Part shown: positions 1 through 14,091 of the stretch, piece after piece
Numbering within the stretch: the first letter of the stretch is position 1
How the letters are laid out: every line of letters starts with the position of its first letter
Source: Polyangiaceae bacterium
GTDB lineage: Bacteria; Myxococcota_A; Polyangia; Polyangiales; Polyangiaceae
Assembly (NCBI GenBank): GCA_044376115.1
Contig: JBILLK010000027.1
Location: 77,566-141,565, forward strand
Direction of reading: 5' to 3'
Length of the DNA stretch: 64,000 bases
Made by a program: the position numbers and the translations under genes
The notes under the pieces: model-generated
The model's input: the letters and a program-made list of their open reading frames with translations, nothing else
Told to the model about the DNA's origin: nothing
Database searches by the model: none

Positions 1-2
1 TC

Positions 3-1856
3 GCCGATGACGCCCATCGCGCGAGGACCATCGCCGACGCAGAACGGGCGCGAGCGATCGTGCTGCTACCGCGTTGTTCCGGGCCAGGGCAACTCAAAGG
101 TGCGATCGACGCCGATTTCGAGTCGGTGTTGGCTTCTCGGGGCGCGATGCCCTGCGCCGTGCGCAGCGACGCCCCGTACCGCGCCGTGGTCGAGGACCAA
201 CTCGCACGGGCGGCCATGCTTCCAGTGCGCGGGGTCTGTATCTCGATGCCTGTTTTGGCGGACCTTTGCGAAGCGAATGATTCGTTGAACGAGGACGATC
301 TACGCACCCTCTCGGTTTGGGTCGAAGCGGCCAAGGTTCAACGGCGCTTGCGCGTCGTGGTGCTGCTCTCCGAGATCGATCGCGACACCACGCTTTTGGT
401 GCCGCGACGGCTGGAGGACCATCTCGCTCCCAATCGTCTCGAGCATGAGACCGTGACCTCCCACAATTCCTTCGCCGATACTCCGCGCGCTCCGGCTGTG
501 GAGGAGCGCGAGGTTGCGGCGGTTGAGCCGCCGAGCGAGCCCGTGGCGCCTGCTGTCGTTAGCGCCGTCGCGGTCAGTGAAGCGCTCGCTGAGGCGAACG
601 AGGTCGCCCGTGTTGCCGTGGTCGTCGAGCCGGAGGCCGCGGTCGTCGAAGTGGAGGTGGTATTGCCGGTGGTGCTGTCCGCGCGCTCGGGCGATACGCT
701 GAGGCCGCCTTCCTTGCCCGACCTGGATCTGGGTGAAGCGCTCGCCCAAGCGCTCAGTGGTAGCGAGGACGACGCAGAGGAAGAGGGCCCTTCATCGATT
801 GAGGCGGCTACGGCCTATGCGTCATCGGCGCCCGTCGCTTTGGAGGAAAGTGAGCCCGATACAGCCTCGGAGCCAGAGGTAGAGGCCAGCGCCCCGGTGG
901 TTCACGCTGTCAAAGCGGTTCCGGCCGCTGCGCCTTCCACGCCAGACTTCCGTAAGGCGATGAAGCGCGTTCTCGCGGACGAGCCTGCCGACGAGGTGAT
1001 GATCTCGCGGGTTCAACAGACCGCGACCTTCCGCGGATATGCAATGGACCTCGATGCAGCCAAAGGGCCGAAGCCGGTGGCCATCGTGGAGCGCTTGTTT
1101 GCCCAGCGCTATGTACCATTGCTCGCCGCGGCCCATCGCGGGGAGCTCGACGGAGCTGCGCTCGCGGTGGCCGAAGAATGGCGCGCGAGCTTCGCTGAGA
1201 GCTACGAGAACGCTTATGCGGGTATGCGAGCTACCGGCAAGCGCCCCACGATGGTGATGGACGCGCCTGACGTCGCAACGCGCGTGGCCCGTCTCTCGAG
1301 CGCACGCTCGATCAAGCTAATCATGGTTGATTCAATGAGCTACGACCTCGGTGATCGCGTGCAAGCGCGCGTTGGTCGGGCGCTCGACAAGCGCGCCGTG
1401 CTGGTCGAGACCACGACGCTTTGGTCGGCTCTCCCGACGCGTACCTTCGCGCAGATGCACCTCTTGGCCAAAGGCCCCGAGGGGCTCAAAGACCCTGTCT
1501 CCGGGCCGCCGAGCGAGCCCGATGTAACGCGCGGACGTGCCGTCTCTACGCTGCGACGCGAGAAGGTCGGCTCGCGCGAGCTGCTCAAGCTCGACTTGGT
1601 CGAGGCGCGGCTTCGCGCTCAGGGCGCTGCCTACGACGAACGACTCGACGCCTTGGCCGATGAGATCGCCGAGGTGTTGGTGAAGTTCATGGAGACGCAG
1701 CCGCCGCGAACCTTGGTCTACATCTTTGGTGACCACGGGTTCGTGCTCGGCGCTGGCTCGAACGGTTGGGCAACCGGCGCTGCGACCCAGGGAGGCGCCT
1801 CGCCCGAGGAGGTGCTCGTGGGCGGCTACGGCTTCCTAGTGGACGCCGTTCAATAG
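3..1856 (+). CDS. PglZ-like (alkaline phosphatase superfamily) domain protein with acidic Ala/Pro/Glu linker; 5'-truncated by window edge
   Basis: Frame is open from base 3. C-terminal motifs IMVDSMSYD, ALPTRT, FGDHGF and QGGASPEE resemble PglZ. Confidence 0.65.
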   Translation, partial: ADDAHRARTIADAERARAIVLLPRCSGPGQLKGAIDADFESVLASRGAMPCAVRSDAPYRAVVEDQLARAAMLPVRGVCISMPVLADLCEANDSLNEDDLRTLSVWVEAAKVQRRLRVVVLLSEIDRDTTLLVPRRLEDHLAPNRLEHETVTSHNSFADTPRAPAVEEREVAAVEPPSEPVAPAVVSAVAVSEALAEANEVARVAVVVEPEAAVVEVEVVLPVVLSARSGDTLRPPSLPDLDLGEALAQALSGSEDDAEEEGPSSIEAATAYASSAPVALEESEPDTASEPEVEASAPVVHAVKAVPAAAPSTPDFRKAMKRVLADEPADEVMISRVQQTATFRGYAMDLDAAKGPKPVAIVERLFAQRYVPLLAAAHRGELDGAALAVAEEWRASFAESYENAYAGMRATGKRPTMVMDAPDVATRVARLSSARSIKLIMVDSMSYDLGDRVQARVGRALDKRAVLVETTTLWSALPTRTFAQMHLLAKGPEGLKDPVSGPPSEPDVTRGRAVSTLRREKVGSRELLKLDLVEARLRAQGAAYDERLDALADEIAEVLVKFMETQPPRTLVYIFGDHGFVLGAGSNGWATGAATQGGASPEEVLVGGYGFLVDAVQ

Positions 1857-1874
1857 CGCAGTAGCGCGGGCGCG

Positions 1875-3023
1875 CTAACCCGAGCGCGCCTCTCGTTCGA
1901 GTTCACGGATAGCCGCATCCACCTCGGACTCGGCGTCGCTGGTCGCCGCCGCGGATAGCGCCTGCTGTAACGCCGGCGAGGCTGAGGCGGCTGCTGCGAT
2001 GCGCAAGCCCGACGCAAATCGAGCCCACTCGTGATGCTGACGTAGCTCGCGTGCAGCCCGCGCTCGGGTCAGGAGCTCCGCCCGCGGATTCTCCGCGAGT
2101 CGAGCGAGGTCACCTGCTGTTAGCTCGCGGTTGCGGAAGGTGCCTTCAGCGAGTGTCAGCCGTGCGGAAGCAAGCGGTGCTTCGTTCTCTTGCCAGGCGC
2201 ATAGCCGCTTACGGACGAAGTCGACGAGCGCCGCGCGCGCGGCGCGCCCACGGCGGCCGAACGGCAGCAGCGGGGCAGAGATGAAGATGTCCTTCGAGAG
2301 TGTATGAAGCCTAAGCCAAGGCCCCCAAGCGCTCACCCCGCGCAGCTCGGCGAACCCTACGAAGCGCTGCTCTGAAGGCCCGCTAACCCATATACCGTCC
2401 ACTCCTATTCGGCCGTGGGTATGGTGAGAACCGCCGAGCCCAAGCAGCCCCAAAGCCATCAACGCAAAGGCAATGAAGGGCTCTCCTGCTTCGAGCGCCC
2501 AAACAAAGCCTGCCAGTGCCACGACCGTGGAGCCGATCAGTCCGCCAAGCTGCAGGTGTCGTGCGGCGCTCTTGCCCGTGAGCACGGGCTCCGTGGCGAG
2601 TCCAAGCGCGGAATTCAAGTTGCGGTGCTGCTCCTCCGTGCGCACTTCAAGCTCGAGCAGCAACTGACCGTCGTCGATCACGACGGTGCGTTTGGCTGAT
2701 TCGGTGCTGGGCTCGCTATAGGCGAATAGCCCGCGCGGGAGCCCACAAATGAAGCGGCCACTTTGCTGCCAAAGCGCACCCTCTCGAATCACGAAGTCTC
2801 CCTGTAGGGTACGGCCACGCGACGCGAGCTTGAGGAAGCTAAACCCGAAGGCCAGCGCAGCTACTACGCCTAGCGGAAATCGCTGTGAGTTAGGCCGCTC
2901 GGGTATCCGGAGCACGAAGAAGGCGCCTACCAAGGCGAGCACGGCCTCGAAGGCTCCCACTGAGGAATACGTTCGTACCACACCGGAGAAGGTCGTTTCT
3001 TCGCGTGGGTTGGTGGAGGTCAT
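1875..3023 (-). CDS. hypothetical membrane protein (TM pairs, GVDGI segment, helical C-terminus)
   Basis: ORF with hydrophobic segments. The ATG at 3023 avoids overlap with the EamA gene. Shares motifs with 18763..20022. Confidence 0.6.
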   Translation of the reverse strand: MTSTNPREETTFSGVVRTYSSVGAFEAVLALVGAFFVLRIPERPNSQRFPLGVVAALAFGFSFLKLASRGRTLQGDFVIREGALWQQSGRFICGLPRGLFAYSEPSTESAKRTVVIDDGQLLLELEVRTEEQHRNLNSALGLATEPVLTGKSAARHLQLGGLIGSTVVALAGFVWALEAGEPFIAFALMALGLLGLGGSHHTHGRIGVDGIWVSGPSEQRFVGFAELRGVSAWGPWLRLHTLSKDIFISAPLLPFGRRGRAARAALVDFVRKRLCAWQENEAPLASARLTLAEGTFRNRELTAGDLARLAENPRAELLTRARAARELRQHHEWARFASGLRIAAAASASPALQQALSAAATSDAESEVDAAIRELEREARSG

Positions 3024-3033
3024 CGGAAGACCC

Positions 3034-3948
3034 TCACTTTGACTGGGCCGCGATGGCGATTCCAGCCCCAGCCAGGATGATGAGCCCACCTATCGCTTCG
3101 GTGGCGGTTGGTACGATGCTCAGGGCGAGCGCCCCGAGCGCGGCGCTACCCAGCGTCTCCCCGGGGCACACCAGCGCCACCAGACTGGGCCGTAGAAAGC
3201 GTGCTCCTAGCTGAACCAACGTATGGCCGATGACCGTTGGTACGAGCGCCAGGGCTAGCAGCCCAAACAACTGATTAGAGCTTAAACTGGCAAAGCTCGG
3301 AGCACTGAACTGCGACGAGATGCCCAGCCAAGTAGCCAATACGATCGCCGATACGGCATAGACGAGCGGCGCTGAGTGAATAGCGGATAGTTGGTTTACC
3401 AAAGACCGTGACGCGCAAACGTAGAAACCGAAGAGCATCACAGCGGCGAGGACGATGCCGTCCCCAGCGAGGGTGTGCTCTCCAGCGCCGCTGGCTTGCG
3501 TACCAATGGTCAGGGCTCCAGCCGTTGCCACCCCGAGTCCCAGCCCCTCAAGGCGACTGGGCCGCAAACGAAACAGCATCCACGCCGCGAGCACGACCGA
3601 TAGCGGCTCGAGCGCCACCAAGGACACCGCGGCGGGCAAGGAGGTTTTGCTGAGCCCCCATTGAAAGAGCCCAAAATGGGCTCCCAGCAGTGCGCCGCCA
3701 GCAATGATCCGCATCGCCGTCGACCAGCCCAGTTGGCGTACGGCTCGAACGAGCCCGCGCGCATCCCAGAGGGAAAGCAAGCTCGCCGCGACGATCACTC
3801 GGACCAAGGCGATGAAGATGGGATCCATCGGCGCGACCAGCTTGGAGAGCGGTGCGCTCGTCGCGAAGGCGAGGCTAGCCGCCAATACCAGTCCTACGCT
3901 CCGCGCACTGCTTTGAGCCGGCGTGGACGTCACCTCGTCGCGGCTCAC
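3034..3948 (-). CDS. DMT/EamA family transporter
   Basis: About 10 TM helices in two repeats; LEPLSV and GETLGSA motifs. Confidence 0.9.
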   Translation of the reverse strand: MSRDEVTSTPAQSSARSVGLVLAASLAFATSAPLSKLVAPMDPIFIALVRVIVAASLLSLWDARGLVRAVRQLGWSTAMRIIAGGALLGAHFGLFQWGLSKTSLPAAVSLVALEPLSVVLAAWMLFRLRPSRLEGLGLGVATAGALTIGTQASGAGEHTLAGDGIVLAAVMLFGFYVCASRSLVNQLSAIHSAPLVYAVSAIVLATWLGISSQFSAPSFASLSSNQLFGLLALALVPTVIGHTLVQLGARFLRPSLVALVCPGETLGSAALGALALSIVPTATEAIGGLIILAGAGIAIAAQSK

Positions 3949-4958
3949 CCCGCTCCCGAGGGTAGGCTCACCTCACCAGCCCAAGCCTGCGAGAACGCGT
4001 CGCGTGCAGCTTGAATGCGCCCCTCCGGAGCGCGCCCCAGCGCGATCATCAACTTCGTCAGCGCCGCCTCGGTGGTCATGTCATAGGCGCTAATTGCGCC
4101 AGCGCCGTGTGCCGCAACTCCACCTTCATAGGCCGATAGATCGACCGCGCCCCGTGGACACTGACTGACAATCACGACCGGAACATCGAGCCCGCGCGCA
4201 TGTTCAATCACCGGGATTAGCGAGCGTTGCAGGCGCGGTACGTTGCCTGCGCCGAAGCCCTCGAGCACGACGCCACGTACCCCCGAGCCGAGAGCTCCGA
4301 TGAGCAACTTGGGATCAAGCCCTGGGAAGGTGCGCACCGCTAACACCCGCGGCTCGAGCCGATCGTCGTAGGGGGCGTGCGCTCGCGCCGCCAGGACATG
4401 CTTCTCCACCTGAACGCCCAACCCCAGCTCCGCAAGCGGTGGGCAACTCGGACTACCGAACGCGTTCATGCTCCAAGCGTCGAGCTTGGTCACGCGACAC
4501 CCGCGAAAGAACCGCGAATTGAACACGACGCCGACCTCCGGAATGCCGAGGGTTGCTACATGGCAAGCGTCCACGAGATTGGTTCTGGCGTCGGTGCGGA
4601 TGGCATTGAGCGGTTTCTGAGCGCCGGTGAGCACCACGCTGCGATCCAGCCCTGAAAGCAGATAAGCCAGCGCGCTCGCTGTGTAGCCCATGGTGTCCGT
4701 CCCATGCACGATGACGAACCCATCATAGCGACTCAGGTTGTCATGTACTTTGCGGCCAAGCTCAATCCAGTGCTCGGGCTGCATGTCTGCGGAATCGAGC
4801 TTGAACAGAAACGTGGTTTCGATCTCGGCCAATTGCTTGAGCACTGGAAGCTCGGCGAGCAGGTCACGCTTGTAAGCATCAGGCGAAAGCGCTCCCGACT
4901 CGGTGCTTTGGCCCATCATCAAGGTGCCCCCGGTGTGGACTAACAGTAGGCGCTTCAA
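3945..4958 (-). CDS. ansA: L-asparaginase, type I (cytoplasmic)
   Basis: HTGGT and HGTDTM catalytic motifs, LTGAQ, SQC, DMTTEAA; no signal peptide. Confidence 0.9.
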   Translation of the reverse strand: MKRLLLVHTGGTLMMGQSTESGALSPDAYKRDLLAELPVLKQLAEIETTFLFKLDSADMQPEHWIELGRKVHDNLSRYDGFVIVHGTDTMGYTASALAYLLSGLDRSVVLTGAQKPLNAIRTDARTNLVDACHVATLGIPEVGVVFNSRFFRGCRVTKLDAWSMNAFGSPSCPPLAELGLGVQVEKHVLAARAHAPYDDRLEPRVLAVRTFPGLDPKLLIGALGSGVRGVVLEGFGAGNVPRLQRSLIPVIEHARGLDVPVVIVSQCPRGAVDLSAYEGGVAAHGAGAISAYDMTTEAALTKLMIALGRAPEGRIQAARDAFSQAWAGEVSLPSGAG

Positions 4959-5890
4959 GGTGTGCTCTCTTCCTTGGGCAGGAGGTTCTCTTCCGATTGC
5001 TCAAGGCCGCTTTGCTTGCCCCTAGTCGTCCAGCGTTGCGCGAGCCGCTCCACCGGAAAGAACGGGGCGAAGGCGAAACCGAACAGAGGAAACGGAAAGA
5101 AGATCCACATCACGAGCAGCACGCCAAAATGGAAGCTCCACATCGCTACGGCCCAGTAGCGACCAAGCCGCTCAGAGAGCAGCGCTAGCGGCGCCCCCAA
5201 CTCGAGTACCAACGCGAAGACCGCGAGCGGCGGAAATAGCCAACTATGGTGAGCCAGCCAAATGCCAATAGGAGAATAGGAGTCACCCAGGAGCAGCTTG
5301 CGCAGGTTGTCGTGCGCGACGTGATTGCGCAGTATTTCTCCGCCGGCCCATGAGATGCCGGTGACCCGCAGTTTGGCGACCCCGGCGAGGACATACGCAA
5401 ATACCGTCGCAATGGCCAGCGCCCGAACGCCAAAACCAAAACGCCGTGCTGGAGCTGCGGTCGGCTGCCTGCGCGCGTCGAGGCTGTAGGCGGCAGCGGC
5501 GTCGGTGAAGGAAAGCAGGCAGACCTGAAGCACCATCAGGTTCTCGGTGTGGAACACCATGCCAAAGGAGTTGCGGTAGCTCAGCGTCCAAAGAATGCTG
5601 GCCGCGAATAGCGGCGCTACGAGCCGAAAGCGGTATCCAACTAAAAATAGCAGCGCGAGTACGATGGAGAGTGCGTGAACTGCGATCGTAACCGCCGGCG
5701 CGGCTGGGCTCGTCAGTAGTTTGACCGGACCTACCGGCTGAAATAGTTCAGCTGCTTGGCGGGTCGCTTGAATGATGCCCGGCGAACGCAGCACCAGATA
5801 GACCAGGGCGAAGAAGCCCACCCCCACGCGAATGGCCGCTAACCGTTCAGCCGGAAAAACCGGCCGAAAGAAGTCATTGAGCGCTTTCAT
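4955..5890 (-). CDS. HTTM-domain membrane protein (vitamin K-dependent carboxylase/SdpB-like)
   Basis: ERLAAIR, FLVGYRFR, YVLAGVAKL, W..GE.L, LELG and FHFGV pattern typical of HTTM. Confidence 0.75.
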   Translation of the reverse strand: MKALNDFFRPVFPAERLAAIRVGVGFFALVYLVLRSPGIIQATRQAAELFQPVGPVKLLTSPAAPAVTIAVHALSIVLALLFLVGYRFRLVAPLFAASILWTLSYRNSFGMVFHTENLMVLQVCLLSFTDAAAAYSLDARRQPTAAPARRFGFGVRALAIATVFAYVLAGVAKLRVTGISWAGGEILRNHVAHDNLRKLLLGDSYSPIGIWLAHHSWLFPPLAVFALVLELGAPLALLSERLGRYWAVAMWSFHFGVLLVMWIFFPFPLFGFAFAPFFPVERLAQRWTTRGKQSGLEQSEENLLPKEESTP

Positions 5891-6381
5891 CGGTCGACCT
5901 TGCAGTGGGCGTGCACCGTCTTCTTTTGAATGGCTGCGCTGGGGTCCTCGAAGTACTTCAAGGTGTCGTAGGTGACGGTGCGCATCTCGACAGCCTTGGC
6001 ACCGGCAAATTCAGGGTCCGCGTTGACCTGCTTGGCCAAGTCCCAACACAGCTCCATCTGCGCGCGCTTGCCCCGCTTCTGTGTATTGATCAGCGTGACT
6101 TTGGCTTGCAGTACCTCGTCTGTGCCGAAGAAGCGCGGCTCGAGCGGGACTTCCCGACCGCCATCGAATACGGCGACTGCGTGCGTGACCGCGGTCCTTT
6201 CGTCTTGCCGGGTGGAGAACATGGCGTAAGCCGAGAACGGAAAGTCATCACGCGGCTGCGGCCACAAGGTGGGGGAGGCCATCAACAGCAGGACTGCTGA
6301 TAGCAGCAGTATTTGAAAGGCTGGATGGTCGAGCACTCGCATTTCTGTCGCTACGTTGGCGCGAAGCGGAGCAAGCCGCAA
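5887..6381 (-). CDS. hypothetical membrane-anchored partner of the HTTM protein (alternative start 6342)
   Basis: One TM followed by FPFSAYAMFS. Its stop overlaps the HTTM start (ATGA). Confidence 0.65.
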   Translation of the reverse strand: MRLAPLRANVATEMRVLDHPAFQILLLSAVLLLMASPTLWPQPRDDFPFSAYAMFSTRQDERTAVTHAVAVFDGGREVPLEPRFFGTDEVLQAKVTLINTQKRGKRAQMELCWDLAKQVNADPEFAGAKAVEMRTVTYDTLKYFEDPSAAIQKKTVHAHCKVDR

Positions 6382-6387
6382 GACGCT

Positions 6388-9737
<3,350 letters not shown>

Positions 9738-9741
<4 letters not shown>

Positions 9742-12700
9742 GGCCGCGCCCGGAGTTTATCGAGCTGCTGCAGTAGCTCGGGTAGCGGCGGCTTTCGTTT
9801 GCGCTCGACGCGGCCCTCCTCGTTCGGACCACAAACGACGATATAGGGGCAGGTCTTGCAAGCGTCTTTGCGTGGATAAGCGACGAGGGTTCCTGCTTGC
9901 ACCGCCTCTTCCACCAGATCGAGCACGGCCAAGGCATCTCGCTGTGTTGCTCGCTGGACCGGGACGGCGACAGGGCGGCCGGCGCCTTTTTCGTTAGAAT
10001 AGTAGAGGCGCGACTCAACGATATCTCGCGGGCTGCCAGCGCGCACGAGCAGCGCCTCCAGCGCCAAGGCGTAGAGCAAGGGTTGCAGCATCTCACCCCC
10101 GCCGATCACGGGCTGCTTGAAGCTCGCGCGGGGGGCCTTACCGGTCTTGAAGTCGGTGATGCGCAGCTCCCCTGACGGAGCTTGTTCGACTGCGTCCAGC
10201 GCTCCTAGCAGCAATGCGCCATTGGGGAGGCAAACCGCGTCCTCGGAGCTTGTTTCGTCGAGGTGCTCGCGCACCGGGAGCCCGAAGCTCAAGTCCCCGT
10301 AGAGCGGCCGGAAGCCCTCGCCCGCGAGCTCAACGAAGTAGCCCGATAGCTCCGCCACGAGCCGCTCGACTTCGCGTTCAAAGACCCGGGCAATCCGCGG
10401 AGCCGCCTCGGCACGGAGTCGATCGGCCTCTTGCGTGGCGATCGTGCGGCATAGGCTGGTTATCTGCTGCGGGTCGAGCTCGGGCTTGCCGCGGAGCTCG
10501 CGCGTGAGCAGGGCTTGGCAACGGTGGTAAAGCTCTCCAAAGACGCGCGGTTCGAGGCGGTCGCGATCACTCGCCGGTACGATTTGTGGCCTTAGCCCGA
10601 CCACGGCTCGCAAGAAGAAGCGATACGGACAGGCCGCAAAGAGCTCCAACGTGGAAGGTGCATAAGCGCGCTCTCGCAGCGACCGGCCGGTCAGCAGCTG
10701 GCTCTTCGGGTTGGTGAGGAAGCCGTCGCAATCGGTGAATAGCGTCTTGTTGTTGCGTTTGAAGCGGGAAGCCAGGGCGCCAAACAAATGTGGCGATGAC
10801 CCAAATAGAAATCGCGCGGAGCCGCGGGGAGCGGCAGCGCCGGCCGCACGCAAGCCACGCAGGTGCGCTAATGCATATTCAGTTCGGTCAATCGCGGTGT
10901 CGGCCGAATGCGGGCCAGGCCAAAGCAATGACGTTTGGGCGCGTGCTTTGGCGCGTGACTCGAGCTGCTCCAACGAATCGATGCTGCGAGTCAGCGCGCG
11001 GCTCGCTTCAACGAAGAAGGCGCTCGGCACGCGCCCGCGACCCGCCGAGAGATCCACGCGTGAGTAGGAGCAGAAGAGCCGCTCGGTGGCCGAGCCAATA
11101 GCCATCAAAAAGCGTAGGCGTTCCCGCTCGTAACGAGCCGAATTGGTCGCGAGCAGCTGGACCTCCTGCCTCAGCGTGTCGGGCAGCAGTGGGTCCTCGC
11201 GCGGGCTCGCCGGGAACGTCCCGTCGGCCAGCCCGGTGATGAAGACCACGCGCCGTGCGCGCGCCGCCATGCCCTCTGGCGTGGTGATGAGCACCTTGCC
11301 GAACGGCGAGCCGCTCGGTCGCGACTCGAGCCAGGAGAGCCTCGAGCCAAGTAGCCCAACCACGTGCAATAGCTCGACCTCGTTGTCACGCGAGAGCAGC
11401 GGGTGAAGTTCGGTCAGCGTCGCAAGCAAAAGCTCCGGACGGTAGATCGCCCGAGCGGCGAGCTGCTCCAGGGCGGGCAATAGCTCACGATACGGCCCTC
11501 GCTCGGGGAGGCGATCCAAGTCCTCCAAGATCGGAATCAGGAGAACTTGCAGCTCCTGCGCCGTCGCGAGCTCGTGCTGGAGGTGCGAGCGGGCGGGCGA
11601 TTCAGGTGTAACCAGAAGTCGCTCGTTTATCCGAGCCTGCGCGAAAGCGACGCGAGCGGCGACCCCTGCAGCAATCGAGTGCCTACCGCCTTCCGCCTCC
11701 AGCGGTGCGGCAAACACGCCGAGTTCAGCCAGGAACGCGGCCCAACGACGAGGATGAGGGACTGCGGCTTTAAGCGCCGAACTCGGGACGCCCTCCGTCT
11801 CCTCGATTTTGGGTGACTGCGCGATCTCCGCTTCCTCCGGGAAGGCGCTGACCTCAGCCTGCGGGCCAGGGCCGACATGGGCGATGGATAGATATTCAAA
11901 AAGTCGCGCAGGCGAGCCACGCTCGAGCCGGCAGTGGAGCAACGCTAGGAGCGCCCGGCCCGAGGCGTCGGGCGCTCGTACGCCCTCTTCGAAGTGGGCT
12001 GGGATACCGGCTCGCGCGAGCGCTAGGCTCAGACTCTCACTGGCCGTCTGCGGCTGACTAATGACGATAGCCATCTCGTCGAACCGCACGCCGCGAGCGG
12101 CCTCTCCATGAATCGCCCGGGCGATCTCGATCGATTCAAGGTACTCACCGGCGCCAGCGAATAGCGTGACCTCGTGCTCGAACGACGCTTGATGCGGATT
12201 GCCGTGCAGGGTCTCGATGAAGCCGGGCACTCCATTCGCGTTGGTCCAAGTCGGTGCGCCGTTGGTTTTTGCAATTGCGCCGAGCCGCTGTTGCGTCGGT
12301 ACGTCCGCGGCGGGCAACGTGGCGAGCGCCGCTGGGCTGGCCTCACACAGCGCCTGCACGAACAAGGCCTCGACCGGCGTAAGATTGATGAGGTCTGCTA
12401 GCACCACTGGTAGGCCGGGGGCCGTGTTGTGCTTTAGGGCGAGCGCCGCGGTCAGATAGAGGTCGCGCTCGGCAGCGATCTTCAGCTCTTGGACGATTGC
12501 GAGATACGCGTCGTAGAACGGGAGCAACGCGAGGCCGTCTGCGGTGCGCAGCAGGTCGGTTTGCAGCACGAGTTCACGCGGCTCGAGGGTGCTTTCGAGC
12601 TCGTGGAGGGTGGCGGCCAAGGCCCGCGCGAACCCCGGCGTATGAACGGCTTGTGGCAGCGGTCGCGGCGCCTGGCGAGCCACCGTCTCCAGCGCAGCTG

Positions 12701-12980
12701 CGACCAGCGCCTCTCGTGCAAGCCGGGTTGGTGGGATGGTCTTGTCTGCGAGCAGTTGCGGCAGCGCCAGCTCGGTGGCCAAGCCGCGCAACGTGCAACG
12801 GCGCAGCCCGAAGGTATGGCCCTTGGCCTGGGTGCGGCGAAACACGAGCTCGTCGAGCGGAGTGCGTCGGCGCGCGCAAACGAGTACTTCGCTCTCGCGC
12901 TGCAGCCCATCCAAAAACCGAGTGATGGCCTCTTGGCGCACTGGCGCTAGCGGCGAAACGCACAGCTCGAGCTTGGCCAC
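9738..12980 (-). CDS. addB: ATP-dependent helicase/nuclease subunit B (inactive helicase + Fe-S PD-(D/E)xK nuclease)
   Basis: ACPYRFF plus CKTCPYIVVC four-Cys staple; GALDAVE...TDFKTG; overlaps the addA start. Confidence 0.85.
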
Positions 12981-12994
12981 CGTGCGCGCTCCGA

Positions 12995-14071
12995 CTAACC
13001 GCGGAGCGAGGCGACGACGCGCAGGAAGTTCTCGCCGAGGACCTTCTGCACCGTATCGTGGGAGAGCCCACGTTTGAGTAGCGCCTCACAAAGCCGAGGG
13101 AGCTCCAAGCAGGTTGGCATGTCGCGGGGGGTGGAGATGGCCCCGTCCCAATCGCTGCCCAAGGACGCGTGGTCAGGGCCAACCACCTTGATGATGTGCT
13201 CCAAGTGGGCGGCGACGCTGTCCAGCTTGCCCGAGAACTTCCCGTCGCCCAGGAAGGTTGGTTCGTACATGACGCCGATGGTCCCGCCGCTTTTAGCCAC
13301 TGCTTTGAGCTGGTCGTCATCGAGGTTGCGCCAATGCTCGAACACGCCCGATACCCCAGTATGGGTGACCAGCAGCGGCTGGGTTTTATCGGAGCATTCA
13401 ACGGCGTCCCAAAAGCCCCGCTTCGAGATGTGAGCCAAATCCACGAAGATCTTCTTGGCGTTGAGTTGCTCAATCACCTCGCGACCGCGCGCGGTCAGGC
13501 CCGTATCCGTGCGACTGCCGAGCGGGCTACTGGTTTGACCGAGGCCCGATTCGGTCAAGTGCACCAGGGTCACGCGCAGGATGCGGTCATCGAGATAGGT
13601 CTCGAGCGCGGCTTTGCTTTCCTCGAGCGCGTTACCACCCTGAATCCCAAGAAACGCGCCGTGTTTTCCTTGCGCACGCGCCGCTCGATATTGGGCTGCT
13701 GTGCGCACGACGCTGAACTGCTCGCTGACGCTCTGGAAGATGCTCTCCAGCTGCGCGAGGTTGTTGCGGAAGGCCGTGGTTCGCTCGCTTTGGACCTTGA
13801 ACGGGTTGGTGGTGATGACCCACGTTGCGCCGGTGACCTGGGCCTCCAAGATCCGCGGGAAGTCCACCTGCGAGTAGAAGTTGGCTCGCAGGAGGCCGTG
13901 GTCATGTCGCTCGGTCAGATCGTAGCCCCACACGCGCGTCCAAATGAACGAGTCGATGTGCAGGTCGATCACCTCGCTCGCGAGGTAAAGATCGACCGCC
14001 TCTTTCGACACTTCGAGCGAACGCGCCCAGGCCGCAGGGTCCTTCCGGTGGTCTTCGTAATCGAGCCGCAT
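12995..14071 (-). CDS. membrane/renal dipeptidase family (peptidase M19)
   Basis: IDLHID, VDLAHIS, VTHTG, RNLDD, LGSDWDG, LGENFLR motifs. Confidence 0.9.
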   Translation of the reverse strand: MRLDYEDHRKDPAAWARSLEVSKEAVDLYLASEVIDLHIDSFIWTRVWGYDLTERHDHGLLRANFYSQVDFPRILEAQVTGATWVITTNPFKVQSERTTAFRNNLAQLESIFQSVSEQFSVVRTAAQYRAARAQGKHGAFLGIQGGNALEESKAALETYLDDRILRVTLVHLTESGLGQTSSPLGSRTDTGLTARGREVIEQLNAKKIFVDLAHISKRGFWDAVECSDKTQPLLVTHTGVSGVFEHWRNLDDDQLKAVAKSGGTIGVMYEPTFLGDGKFSGKLDSVAAHLEHIIKVVGPDHASLGSDWDGAISTPRDMPTCLELPRLCEALLKRGLSHDTVQKVLGENFLRVVASLRG

Positions 14072-14091
14072 GCGCGGAGCCTACGCTCGAA

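Noticed and set aside
3..1856. Complete BREX defence system
   Set aside because: Only a degenerate PglZ-like domain is visible; no brxC, pglX or brxL in the window.
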